A DNA stretch of 64,000 nt from assembly GCA_037379345.1 (NCBI GenBank), contig CM074520.1, forward strand, positions 8,928,001 to 8,992,000, in the 5' to 3' direction. A model generated the notes under the pieces. The model was not told the origin of the DNA, made no database searches, and was given only the letters and a program-made list of their open reading frames with translations. Shown piece after piece: positions 26,001-39,509 of this stretch. The stretch's first letter is position 1. Every line of letters begins with the position of its first letter. A program made the position numbers and the translations under genes. The DNA comes from Perna viridis. Taxonomy: Eukaryota.

Positions 26001-29000
26001 TCTTCCATTGTAGTTTCGCGAGTGTTACCGAAATACCCGAGGATATAGTGCAGGAAAGTTTTTGAGCAGTCATATAACAATAAAGCTCTACTCAGACAAT
26101 GTAATCAAAGACGTTCTATCGTATGCCCATTAGATAATATTATCCCAGTTCTGACGATGTTGAATTTCAAAAATATGCTCTTCTCTCAAGTTATGACGTT
26201 TGGTCTGCTGAACCAAGCAAAAACAGATAGTGGGTTAGTTAAAAAGTCAGTCTTGATTTTGCTACTGTTTAAATCGTTGCAAATCTGGCGAGAGAGAAAT
26301 GTCATCTCATTTTGTCGAAGAACCATCACATAATGTAAGTGTCATCATCAAGGCCAATTTTTACACACAAATTACACTGATCAAGTGTACTAATCTGAGA
26401 TTGTGAAATTCAAGCTTTATCGTATAAAATATGGAAATGTACTTTTGATTAGAAACGTAATTTGAAAACTATTACCTGACAGTTTGTCTGCTTCCCAAAA
26501 TTAACCAGATATATTTTGTTGTTGTGTTTATATATCTCCATAGACAAGTCTCTTCCATCTCCCCTACCAACACCTGCAGGTATGTAGAATGATAATAAAT
26601 TGTCATTTGCAATAAGAAATATAGAACTATGTTGATAGTGCTTGTTGTTTCTTTTATATTTGTTGCCACAAAAATTCTAAACTTAAGAAGAAAAAATCGC
26701 AAACATCTGAAATACGTTGGTCGAGAACTACCTTTACATTAGATGAGTATCACAATTATATACCGTATGCTACATCTAGTAATAATACTGACCAAAATGT
26801 ATCATCATTCAGGTAAAGTATGGAAAATTGTTTACCTACTTAGCTATATGTTACAATGACATGGTGTGTCTGTCTTTCTATGAAGAAAATCGTGATAATC
26901 TAACCGTCAAATAACAAAATACCTACCTTTAATTCCTGTAATTTTAATGTTCGTTATTTTTATTGTAACGACTGGCGGGGTTTCTCCATCGTAGTCTTTC
27001 TTGACACTTTCATAATAACCAACATATCGGCTCTATGAAACAAGAAATTTGAACACAGAAAAAATTGAAAGTATATGACCATACTTTTATAATCGTTAAA
27101 TATTGAGGAAAGAAAGCGACCTGATTTTCCACAGTTTTGTTCAACGTCTTATAGTTTTCCTTTCCTCTTCTTCTACCCCGCACTTGACTTTTTATGAGCA
27201 TCTTGGCGGATGTTTCTAGAAAAGCATAGGACGCTTATCCTACCGGTGCATCTGGTCCACGCTTCCAGTTTTAGTGGAGTCCGAGTTGCTTATTTACTTT
27301 GGTTACTTTGTATGTATTATTTTAGTTATTTAATTTTCTTTCTTGTGTTTGTCAGTTTTCCATTTCTGGTCTTTGTCCCTGGATTACATTCTCTTGATTT
27401 CCACTAGAATCTTGGTTCCATTGATTACTCTTGCAAAAGATGATTTAAAAGAATGAATCTAAAGTAAAGTCCCAAGAAAAGTCAAACTAAACTGAATAAA
27501 TATTTATGGCGCCAGTTTCTTACCTCAGCATATACACATAACTATAAAGTCGCTGTCTAAACCCCCTAAATCCCTTAAGAGAATTGCTATAACCACTCTA
27601 GCGACAAAGTATTAAAACATTTCAGCTGATTTATGGTATAATGGAAAATATATATATCATTTTCTCTGACGGTATAATACTGTTGTCCATACAAGTATAT
27701 TACATTGATCCAATAGCATAAAACAATTTGAGAGAAGAATCGATTTTATTCCGTATACATCTTCTCCTTGTTATAACGTGTAAATCATTTGATATGTAGT
27801 ATATTTTAATGACTTCGTAAATTGAAAGTCTATTTTTATATTAACTTCACAAAAACAGATTTCTGGGAAAGAGACTTTAAGACAACGACGTAAATCTAAG
27901 CACAATAATTAAATGAGCTTGCTGTGGGTGTATTTTCGTCAACTGAGAGTTCTTACATGTATGGTCAAGTCTATAAAACGCAGCAAATCTAAAAATTGTT
28001 AGATGGTTCCTTTAAATTACAAGCAGTTGGTGATAGTAAATTTATTTTCTTCATTAAAGTTTATAGTTTTTGAATTAAGAAAGAATGACAAAACAAATAA
28101 TGATTTAAGTTGTACTCTATTATGAAACAGAACGGTAAATACTTCCCCTCATTCTGTCAGAAATGTTTCATAGTATACAGCAATACATGCAGGGAAACAA
28201 ATATTGCAGGGAATGTGGAATGTGTTAATTATAAATAGGCTATAGATTACATAGCAAATATGTGATGAATCAACTTTTGTATGAATATCAGACAGAACTA
28301 CACATAAAACATGCTCTTAAAATTGTTAACAACATGACAAGACAGAAACGATTTTCGATACACGATGAATTTATAATGCATTTCAGAAAATTATTCTTGC
28401 TTTCGAAGAAAAAAGTAAGGGCTAGAGTCAAAGAGACTACTAAAATGAGAGTTATGTGGTTCTGAAGTATTTCATTAAATATCAGTACATGTACATTCAC
28501 TTTGATAAGAATATTAACAACATCGGATGCATTGTGCTAATTATGTTGCACTATTACAATTTCCTTTCTACTGCAATATATAACGAGTGAAAATTACACA
28601 ATCATGTCTACTGATAACGATGCATTAATCAAGGCATACCTGGCTTGGTGTCTCGACACCCTGAAATGTTGTTCCTACACTGAGGTCGGTCCTTCTGCCG
28701 CCAAAGTAATCTAAGCTGCTCTAAAATACAAGGAAGTAAATCTAAAACTTCTTCGAGTAACTAGATATTAACGCTTAGACACCGATTTCCCCCCAGTGAA
28801 GTCCGATTTGACCGTCGTATTTTATTGAAAACCTAAAATTGTAGGACTAATGTCATTCTGAAAACTAGAAAATCACTATTAAATTGAAAATGTACCAATT
28901 ATCAACTATCAAACTAACAGTGGAAATCTGATAGCATTTTTACAACGCACCATACCTCAGCTTCTTTAAACATATCGCAGTCCACTAACCAGGTACATAT

Positions 29001-32000
29001 CATGGTTCCAGTCCGACCTTTGCCACCCTTACAATGTACGGCTATGACATTCCTCTCATCCTCTGATAACCATTTACGTACATTTGTACAAAACTTAATA
29101 AGGTCCCTAAAATGCAGTTGAAGGAAAAAAGATCTAGTTGTAAAATATTGAAGTTGCAGTAGAAAATATGAAAAGTACGAAAAAAAAAAAAAAAAAACCA
29201 CCTATCAAAAGCTGCATTTACAGTGGTTTTATAGTCAATAGTGGAAGAAGATGCGCTAAAAAATGCATGTTTTCAAAATTTGTACTTCTATTATAAGGTA
29301 TTTACTATTTTCTTGAAACTCTTAAGCGCTACTGAAATAAACGAACGAGAACAAGATTACGTATAAATCAAATGGAATGAATTACTAACTCTAGAGAAGG
29401 AACGTTGTGATCATCTATAAACAGCCGTTCTACTCTTCCGTGGAATTTGTCTGGGTCGTAATTACGTTCGCCTGCAAACAAAAAAAATACTGCAACTAAA
29501 ATCAAGCTTGACATGACAGGGCGATAAATTGTTTGTTGGGGTTTAACATCCGAGCAGCAATATTTCAGCTATATTCAGACGACAGGGCGATAAAGAGTAG
29601 GAATTAAGTGATTAACTTTGAAAATACTCTTCCAAAGTCAAGGGCGATAAATTGTTTGTTGGGGTTTAACGTCCGAGCAGCAATATTTCAGCTATATTCA
29701 GACGACAGGCGATAAAGAGTAGGACTTAAGTAGTTAACTTTGAAAATACTCTTCCGAAGTCAAAGGCCAAAAAATCACACAGATAAAGTGAAGCCTAATT
29801 TGCCAAGAATCTGCCGTCACAATAAAAGTTAAAAATGCAATAAAAGCTTGCATTTGCAACAACATGTTGTATTCTCTAAACAGGTTGATTTTATTTGTTC
29901 GTTTCATCAGTTTCTACATTTTAAAGTTGGAAAAAAAAAATTCCTCCAGCTTCACACTGCTGCATTTAAGACATGAAACGACTACTGTATAACTTTATGG
30001 ATTGAGTTGTTGTTTGTAAAATATGAATATGTTTCTTTCCAAATGGGTGTTCAGTAAGTTTAGAGTAATGTAGTTCTGTCCAAGACTATGTAAACCACGT
30101 ATGAAATTTTCCATTCCTTATGGTTAATACACGTTAAAAACAGGACAATACGGAAAACCGGACAATTAAGGAAATGCAAGTAACGGTATTCGGCTTAATA
30201 TCAAGAATCATGACAATTTACTTATTTACATGTCTGCAGCCACAGCAAAACATTTAAATATAGCATGCATACACCGTACATGGTTAATGCAGACGAATTG
30301 GCAGAACAGATCCCGATCATTCATTCCATACCAAATTCGTTTTAGGACCGGTATTTTATTAGTTACTTTATATAGCCAAGCTATCACGAATGTATTTTCT
30401 TCATATTGATATTGTGCCATGTTCTCGGACATGCCATATTGGGTCTCAAAATAGTCGTTTTATTTGTTTCATTTTTTCTCTCGACTGCCTAAACCCAAAA
30501 TGACGGTCTTAGAATATAATAGAGGACAAATAGGAAAAAGTATAGGAGTTTTGGTTTTCTTGGAATTGCAAACCCCTTAACCAGAATTTCTTGTTTCCAT
30601 TTCATGAAGTACCTTACATTATCTTTTCCTTCAAAATATATAAAATGTTAGTTTAAGAATATCTATCTTTCATTGGCGTAAATGTATAAGACTGAGTGCA
30701 GCCAACAGTGTAATGAATGATATGGTTGAATAAAACACATCATAATTTATCTATTTCTGTATATATATCGTAGAAAACTCATCTTATTATTATATCTTGT
30801 CTTTCCCGTTGAAAGTTTATCAGTAATCATCAATATCAGTGATACCATGTAACTGTTATAATACTGTACAGTTGCAAATTAAAATTTCAGTACCGCCCTG
30901 CCTCTCTAAATACTAATAGTAATACATTTCATCGGGACAATGAACGGAGTAATAAAGATCACAGAATGAAAGAACGGATTTTGCAATACCATAAAGAAAT
31001 CTGCTAGGAAAAAATAAGAAGTAAAAATATAAACGGTAATTCACACTAATGGAATGACGCCAGTGGGGTTACAAACCGTTATATTTTACTATTACTTACT
31101 ACACAGGTCATAAACTCTGTAATGATCCTGGTGTTTTGTATCTAGGAATCGGGCTACATCCTGAAAAGTCAGGACGAGAGCTATTAATAAAACGCAGTAT
31201 ATCACAAGAAGAGATATGATGAGCAAATTATAACGCAAGCTTTGTCGAGGAAGAAAAGGCGAGCATTTCATTCCATGTTCTAGTCCTATATTGAAGAGAG
31301 AAACTTGTGTTGTTAATGCCCTTTAGCATACAATGTATGACGTTTACATATTCTCGACGGAACCAGTCTTATCTTATCTGTGATGCTAAAAATTAAACGA
31401 GAAAACAAATTGCTCTAGAGGATATAATTGCCATTCACAACATAAATACGCTTTTGCTAATTAACAAATCTTAATTGGAATAACGTTTGACTGAAGCTAG
31501 GAATGAACACCTATAACTTGTGACAATTACCTCTATCGGATTTCTGTAAAGTTTCCGAACACCGGATGACGGGAATGACATCGCTATTACTCTTTCTGTC
31601 AGAAAAATACAATGGTAACGTTCATAAAATTGTCGGGAAATCGGGTGTAAACAAATAAATGAATGCTAATTGAATGACGGAGTTATATTGTACAAATACA
31701 AAGGTAAATCGTGTCTGGGACAGGACTTTAAACCACGAAACAGCAGAGTTCTGCAATAACAACCTACAGCTTTGTGAATACAGATAAACTCTTTTCCATG
31801 ACATTAACATCTTGTATATTATTCCCATGGAGTAAATAATAAACGGAAAACAATATGAGTAGCAAAAAAAAAATAATAACCGCTAAGAAAATCTACCATT
31901 ATTAATCATTAATCTTTGATCTATTTTACGTCATGGTCTAATGTTCAATTTAGAGTACAATATGGAGACATATCCGGCTCATTCTTCCGTACAAAATATT

Positions 32001-35000
32001 GCAATTAATTATAAAGTGGTAAAACATACCTGTAACATAGCATAGATCCAGATCGAAGCCATCCTTCTGGTACCGCCGTTTGTTTTGAGATACTGTTTGT
32101 CTTGCCGCCTTGGTGAAGTGACGATACTGTTGAACCATTATGTATATACTTCGGAAGATTCGAAGTATTCGTAACATTCTACCGAGTACACCAAGTCTGA
32201 AAAAAAATTAAAAAAATTAATGTCAAATATCCCAATAACCATGGATTACATTTATACCAATCTCCACCAAAGACCTATAACCGTATTCCTATTTACTACA
32301 CATCCCTCCCCTACTTTTTTAATCAGGATGTGAAAAAAATCACAGAGCATAAGCACTCCTCATTTCATATCGCAAAGCTTTACGATACTTATTTACATAA
32401 GAGGTGCGATTTAGTATTAGTATTGAGTATGGCAGATGTGTTAAAGCCTTGAAATATACTATTTGTGCAGGAGATTGAGTTGGTACAGAACGTTTAATAA
32501 GCATGTATTATCTGGTATATAGCAATACAATAATGACTTTATCTAAAGAAAAACAAAGTTGAAACTTTGGAATTGAAAATGTTATGGAAATATGGAAAGC
32601 CCGTATATAGCGTTAAATGTATATCAACATGTAAATGTGATAAAATATTTAAAATCTTTCATCAAAATCATAAAACATATAAATTTAATCTAATGTGGAT
32701 TTATGAATAGCTAGCGGCAGGTCCAGAGGGAATGTTATAATTGACTTTACAAATATAGCTAATCTGTTTACCTAGAGAATTGATTATTTGACAAACCAAC
32801 AATATACGTAGCAACATCCACGGCAAAAGTTACAAATACAACTACCATATCAGCTACGTCCATCCAGCACTTAAAAAAACGCTTTCTACAACGAAGAAAA
32901 AAAAAGGTTATTAATCAAGTTTGATATACTTAATGGAAAAGTCGAACTTACTAATAGTTTAGTAAATGAATAAAATATATTCTGATAATTAAGTAGCAGA
33001 CTTTCTAAAAATCAGACAGAAGGTGATTCATGCATGTCAAAAACCCACCAAATTCAGTTTTATTTCTTGTTCAGACACAGTAACTGATCATGTAACCAGT
33101 CTTAGTTTTTCATTTGGTTGTTGCGCTTTTGAGATAACAATTATATAGATTGTACATGAAATTTGCACTTTGCAAGAGTTATCGTTCTTGATTTGGCTTG
33201 ATTTGGTTGCTTTTAGTGGGAGATAAAGGTATGAAGTGCAAATCTAAATGCAGAAAAGGTTGTTGCTGTGTGAAAGTATAGCATATGTAGACTAAAAAAG
33301 CATCGTTTGTTTGGTGGGTTTTTCTTGACCAGGAATCACTTTACCATTGGTAGTGTCTGAATTTTATGCGGACTGGTAATTATATTCCGTATCATCAATA
33401 ATTATAACTGATATATTATCATACAAATATATAATACATATTTAAGTCATTGATAAAATTAGCTTTAAAGAATGATCTTATTTGATTCATGAAAGAACGA
33501 TAGTAGTAAGTATATGGCAATTTTTAAACTATTAAAAAGTAGATGGCAATTTTTAAACTATTAAAAAGTATATGGCAATTTTTAAACTATTAAAAAGTAT
33601 GTCGGTTCTCGTTTACCTGATACACAAAAAGCTATGCTGAAGGGTAATAACAAAACTATCGAACCGATAAAAAATAAAATCTAGACAATAATAAAAAATA
33701 AATATTAAAAAATCAATAAATACGTATAACAAATGGCAGGATCAAGCTAAAACCCGGAAAATTGGAAACTACAGCAACCACTGCGTGATCTAAATACACA
33801 CTAGTTTTAAAATAAGGACAATACCAACACTGTTTTAAATTATCTATACCCTCACAGTACAGGAAGCAATGTTACACTCAGCTCAAATTAAATCATAACA
33901 ATTTCCTAACGACAAGATCTACAGGTTTGGGCGCTCTTATATAGAATATTCCTGCTTCCACTTAGTCTCGTAAACTCTACCTTAGGTTATTTGTAATTCC
34001 CTATCTTTTTCAATAATCAATTTCATATAAAGTTTCATAAAAATCAAGAAACAAAAATTTGAGACTAAATGTACATGGTCAGATGAACCGACAAACAAGG
34101 TCGCGGACATTATTGTGATAAAAAAAAACACCAAACTTTGTAATCTCCAAATTTCAATACTTCTATTCCCCATACTCAGTTAAAATCCCGACTCAAAAAC
34201 CTTATTCATTTTTGTTATTCCATAAAAGATAGCACACCTAGATACAAATATGTAGACCTTGGTAGAGATTCTTCATACTTTATTCCAATTATCTTCCAAA
34301 TATACCGGAGATGTTATCAAAATGCTAGAATTTTTGATCGACAACATCTTTGTCCAGTGTGGTGGACGCGTTTTTCAAATGGGAACAAATTGTGCTCCTC
34401 AAATTGCTGACCTATTCCTTCACTCCCATGAGGCTGACTAGCTGATCTGATCTAAAAGAAGGAACATTGTTTGGCTAGATCCTTTAATCTCAGTTTCCGC
34501 CATACAGATAATTAACGTATTATCGTTAAACAATCCTAGTTTCGGGGGTTTGATACATTGCATCTACCCCAAGAAACTTGAGATAAAGGATACCACAGAC
34601 ACTGTGAAGTCAGTCTCATAACTGACCTACACTTAAAAATCGACGGTAAAGGAAACTATTGACCAAACTAAACTACACGACAAACGCGATGACTTTTCGT
34701 TCCGTATTGTCAACTTTCCTTTCATCTGTGGTAATATTCCTTCAGCACTTGCGCATGGAGTCCATATCACAACTCATACGTTATGCCAACGCTTGCCGTT
34801 ACTACGCAGAAGTTTTGTATCTAGACTTCTAACAATTAGGCTTCTGGAACAAGATTATGTTGCCAAACGATTGAAGTCATCACTACAGAAATTATATGGT
34901 CGTCATCATGAACTCGTGGATCGTTACGGTCTATCCATCTGCACCATGAAAACTGATTTGTTCAACGTGTCATAGTATTCATTTCCTCTTTCGTTGACCT

Positions 35001-38000
35001 TAGACTTGACTTTTTATGAGCAACTCGGCGGGTGTTCCTAGAAAAATAGAGGACGCTTACCCTGTCGATATACCTAGTCCATGCTTCCAGTTTTTTTTTT
35101 TAGTGGAGTCCGAGTTGCTCATTTACTTTTGTTACTTTGTATGTGTTATTTTACTTATTTTATGTTCTTAATTGTGTGTTTTCCATGTCTGGTCTTTGTC
35201 CCTGGATTACATTCCTTTGATTTCCGCTAGAATCTTGGTTTCCTTGATTACTCTTCAAATATCATTTATCTTAACAACTAACATAATTCATACTTTAATA
35301 CCTGCAACAAATCAAAGGGTCGGTTCGCAAAACTAAAACAGAATAATAAAAGCTCCGTACAATAATCGATAGAATCTTTATGTTGTTCCAACTAACAAAT
35401 TGTTTCTCTTCCTTTATTTAAATGGAAGTCGAAGTTGGCGTAGCTTAAGTATATTTTTTTCAGACGTATGTCCTCAACAGATAACTCCGTAACACTTTGT
35501 CAGATTAAAAACAAATCAAAACCAGTCTCAATGTGGGAAATCAATAAGCAACCAACGACAGAATTGTCAGAACCTAACTAGATGGAAATTAAGATCGAAA
35601 GCTCCGAGGATTTGGTGGTTGTTTGAATTAATGTTTTATCAAAAACTATGAAGATGTATTCCAGTGGGAAATGAAAGCAGAACCATGTAAAGCTATGAAC
35701 AAATTTTCACTTTATTGCCAAGTTGCTTCCGCTTACTAATAGCAATATTTCATTCACATTATGATATAAATTCATGGACATCATTTTAATCCCCTGAAAT
35801 CGTTCCAATCAAGGTTTCATATAGAAATATTAATATTGGGATGTCATCTACCCCGGACTTGACTTTTTATGAGCAACTCGGCGGGTATTTCTAGAAAAGC
35901 AGAGAACGCTTACCCTACCGGTGCACCTGGTCCATGCTCCCAGTTTTTAGTGGAGTCCGAGTTGCTCATTTGCGTTTGTTACTTTGTATGTATGATTTTA
36001 GTTACTGTATGTTCTTTGTTGTGTATGTCTGTTTTCCATGTCGGGTCTTTGTCCCTGGATTACATTCTTTTGATTACCGCTATAACCTTGGCTCCCTTGA
36101 TTACTCTATCAAAATAGCGATAAACACTAACAAAGCGGTAATTGAAGGCATTATCAATAACAGCCATTTTTCACTGGTGACATGCTATGTACCATTAAGT
36201 TGTTGTAGGGAATAGAAATGACAGCTTACTAAAGTTTCATTTTAGCCAACCAAACAATATATAATAGACATCCTGTGAATCATACACTCTCGCTTCATTT
36301 TATAGAGATTCAGATATTACATGCTTTCAACTGGTCAGTTTTCCTTTTCTCGTTTGTCTACCCCGGACTTGACATTTTATGAGCAACTCGGCGGGTGTTT
36401 CCAGAAAAGCAGAGGACGCTTACCCTACCGGTGCACCTGGTCCATGCTTCCAGTTTTCGTGGAGTCCGAGTTGTTCATTTGCTTTTGTTACTTTGTATGT
36501 ATGATTTTAGTTACTTTATGTTCTTTGTTGTGCATGTCTGTTTTCCATGTCTGGTCTTTGTCCCTGGATTACATTCTTTTGATTACCCCAATAACCTTGG
36601 TTCCCTTGATTACTCTTTCAAGCTGAACCATGCCTTCGGAATACTCATTGGTCATTCGTATTAATGTTCCTTTGAAAGGCTTGCGATCAGGTAATGGTTT
36701 CATGAATATGTCATAAATAGCCCTACAGAAAACACCCTGCATAATACATATTTGGATAAACTATATTTAGGACACCTAAAACAAGCATGGCACATTGAAT
36801 CTGTGATAGAAATTGATTATTGTTTTTTTCCAGAACAAAGAAGGGGTAATCATTTCATAAGGGTAACTTTTGTGGGCTTTCTAGTTCAAATTTTCATGAT
36901 TTTTGATTGATTAGAAAATTGTAGTTATATGCGTCAGACATATCAAGAATTGCAGGGCGAGGAAAGCGTTCTACTTTTTCTATTTTCAGAAGAATACTCC
37001 ACAAATCGGCATATCACACCACATTATTCTCTAGAGCTATTCAAAAGTCACTTTATCCACTATATCTTTTATTTGCCTCGTGCTTGACTGAAAGGTGGTG
37101 ACTACTTACTAGACCGGGGACTGAAAACCCACGACCCCCCGTACTCACGATACAGACAAGGAGCTCAAATTGTAGATTGAATATTACCTTACCCTTTAAC
37201 GAATATCCGAACAAATATCTCCAGTATAAAGTAAGCAATGATAGCTCTAGAGACTTGCTCTATTTCGTAAGAATCGCCATCGAACACAGTCAGCTCAACA
37301 ATAACCAGAATAATGTCTGTCAAAATCAGCACCACGGTGAATATCCTAAACACAATATGCTCTATCAGGCCTTTTGCAAACAGACGACATTCTCTGAAAT
37401 AGAAATAAAGATACTTTTGGGCGAATAGAAACAAACATTGCCATGTTAAGCAACAAAAATAAATTATTGATATGATAGCACTAGAATGGTTTTCTAGCAG
37501 ATGGCATTAGCACAAAAATTTGTTTAGGTAGATTTTTTTTCATTGGTATTTCTTGCAATTATGTTGTATCAAAGAAAAATGGAAAAAAAATTGCAAAATC
37601 ATAACATAAACAAAAGTAAACAAAGTCAAATAAATGCTTATAAATATGATAACAACAAATATAAAGCTTAATAATTCTATATTTTACAATGATATTGAAG
37701 GAAACTTCATTGAAGAATACTGTCACGTGGAAAGAAAATATATTGCATGCATTGTAAGAGATCTTAGTTCTTCTATATGTTATACACAAGTATCTTTAAT
37801 TTTCACTTTAATTTCACATGTTTCACTGTGAGTGACATATATATATAACTTTGATAATGTATAAGATGTATTTATACCTATTTGATTAAGAACGATCTAA
37901 GTGCAAGTAATGTGTAATACAAAAAATTGTTGGTAATTAATCCCGCTATTAGCTAACGTTGCGTAGCCGTAATTAACAACTTTTCCTTCATCAGCAATTT

Positions 38001-39509
38001 TACAGTTGTTCTAGAATGCATAATTTGACATTTAGGTGCAAATCACAATACCAGCTGTAAGCACTTACTACTACTATGCCTCTCCAGTTAGTAACGTGCA
38101 CACACAGAATGTTGTCAAAGTGTTCCTGTCACAAAGCTAGGTCTGGAATAGTGTCTAGTGTAACCGATTTTAATAAAATAATTACTGTTTTACATCATTC
38201 TACTATAGAAATAGTTTAGTTTTTATACCCCAGCTTAAAAAGCGAGCATATATTAATCTTGCCCGCTGTCCGTCCGTTCATCCATTCGTTCGTCCACAAT
38301 ATCAATCTACAACTCTTCTAAAACCGCTGCATGGAATTCAAGGAAACTTTCACACATTGTTTTTTCTCCGTGATGCCATTGTGCACCTTTCATTTGTTAT
38401 CACCATCTAAATGATTTTTGGGGTCTCCTATATGTTTTAAACGGAGGGTAGCGAGTGTACCATCCGTGGTGACCATCAAGTGAGCTTTACTTAAAGTATT
38501 TTTATATTTTTTATTCCTAGTATGAAGTAAGCCAATTCGGCCGTTCTAGAGTGTATCGACAAGAGAACTGGTGGGCTCCTATGAATTTTTATATCCAGAC
38601 TAGCCGACTAATACACAGTTGAGTTGCATTTTTATCGTGTCAGTTTTTTTCGTAAAGATTCCTAAAATAGATAAATGTGACCAAATGGCAAGGATGCCAC
38701 ACAAGTTCAGGGAGTATTTGTACAATCGAGTTGAAAAGACACGGTAAGGTCATCATGCTTTATCTGCATACCGAATTTGAACACTTGAACCAAGAAGAGA
38801 CGTGCGTGATTACCTACGTGTGGATTGCGCTAAGTAAAACTTACATGTTTTCGACGCCTTAAGGCTAAAAAATGTTTTTGTGCTAATTTCCTTAATATTC
38901 TATGTGGTTGTAAACGCAATTCATCCTTCATTTCGATACATGTAATTAAATCCAGCTTTCTTTTACACTAGTTATTCCTCCGTTGACTATAGTACATGGT
39001 TTGAGCAAGTCAGTTTAGTAAAATGATGCATATCCCCTCACAGCACCCACTCTGAAATTTCTGTCCGAGTCAAATACATTTTGACTAGGGTTTTATTTTT
39101 ATTCATATTAGTGTGATTTATGTTTCTCTACCCATGTTTTTTTTATTTGTCTCCGTCACGTGACTTTCCGAGTTTTTGGTATTGCTTTAATGGACAATGG
39201 CTTTCTTGATTTCTTAAAGTAATCTTTTAAATTTCAAACCTACCCGAGTCTAGTCTCTGGCCGTTTATCTTTCCCATGGAACTCATCCTCTATAATCAAA
39301 TCCTGGACTATTTTTGTCTCATCACTGTCTCCATCGTAGTTATCGAGAGTATCTGTAGGGTCTTTCACCATGACCTCTACTAACTCAGGGCCATCTGCAA
39401 GTGTTGTTCCATTCTGTTCGAGTTTTCCCGCGTTCTCAGCATCTGTCGGGTGCGATTCTGTGTCTTTTTGAGCTTGGTCATTTTCAGATTTTCCGTTTGT
39501 TTCATCCAT
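23005..39509 (-). CDS. TPTE2: Voltage-sensing phosphoinositide phosphatase (VSP/TPTE/TPTE2 ortholog), 14 coding exons, 555 aa
   Basis: Exons 39244-39509, 37193-37393, 32772-32885, 32030-32196, 31531-31595, 31100-31160, 29390-29471, 28956-29106, 28640-28720, 26927-27032, 26476-26573, 25734-25829, 23954-24027 and 23005-23110; 1668 nt, phase-consistent. S1-S4 voltage sensor (S4 [16 protein letters not shown]), [17 protein letters not shown] linker, IDDHNVP, active site [19 protein letters not shown], and C2 domain ([19 protein letters not shown]). A possible extra 5' exon ends at 40226 and would add MTHRRI. Confidence 0.95.
27135..27432 (+). mobile_element. Naiad-type Penelope-like element, 3' terminal fragment
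   Basis: Same 3' UTR as 34976-35255, ending TTGATTACTCTT. Confidence 0.85.
29515..29763 (-). mobile_element. 52-bp 5'-truncated SINE/LINE tail with 14-bp TSD, then tandemly duplicated (123-bp unit)
   Basis: 29529-29580 is the reverse complement of the tail at ~41230-41282. It is flanked by GACAGGGCGATAAA at 29515-29528 and 29581-29594. Unit 29518-29640 is repeated from 29641. Confidence 0.85.
33511..33600. repeat. 29-bp minisatellite, 3 copies
   Basis: TATATGGCAATTTTTAAACTATTAAAAAG x3. Confidence 0.9.
34296..35255 (+). mobile_element. Naiad-type Penelope-like element, decayed RT core plus 3' UTR
   Basis: [33 protein letters not shown] (RT motif B'), a degenerate YIDD region, [14 protein letters not shown] and [12 protein letters not shown], broken by stops and frameshifts. 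Ends TTGATTACTCTT. Confidence 0.88.
35847..36107 (+). mobile_element. Naiad-type Penelope-like element, 3' UTR-only copy
   Basis: Contains the ATGAGCAACTCGG...CCGAGTTGCTCAT structured module (35869-35969) and the family terminus. Confidence 0.85.
36338..36618 (+). mobile_element. Naiad-type Penelope-like element, 3' UTR-only copy
   Basis: Highly similar to 35847-36107 and to the reverse complement of 5234-5506. Confidence 0.85.
38221..38490. mobile_element. Helentron/HINE-like non-autonomous element remnant
   Basis: Starts TTTTATACCC with a short hairpin, followed by a (GTCC/ATCC/GTTC)n microsatellite and a satellite-like body. Confidence 0.45.

Noticed and set aside
35869-35969. Possible SECIS element / selenoprotein-coding Naiad
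   Set aside because: ATGA is in a fully Watson-Crick stem, not a GA/GA kink-turn quartet, and the Cys positions I could read in the RT fragments use TGT/TGC rather than TGA.
38835-38854. 20-nt AG..GT candidate micro-exon in VSP intron 1
   Set aside because: It would shift the frame; the flanking exons already join in phase 2.
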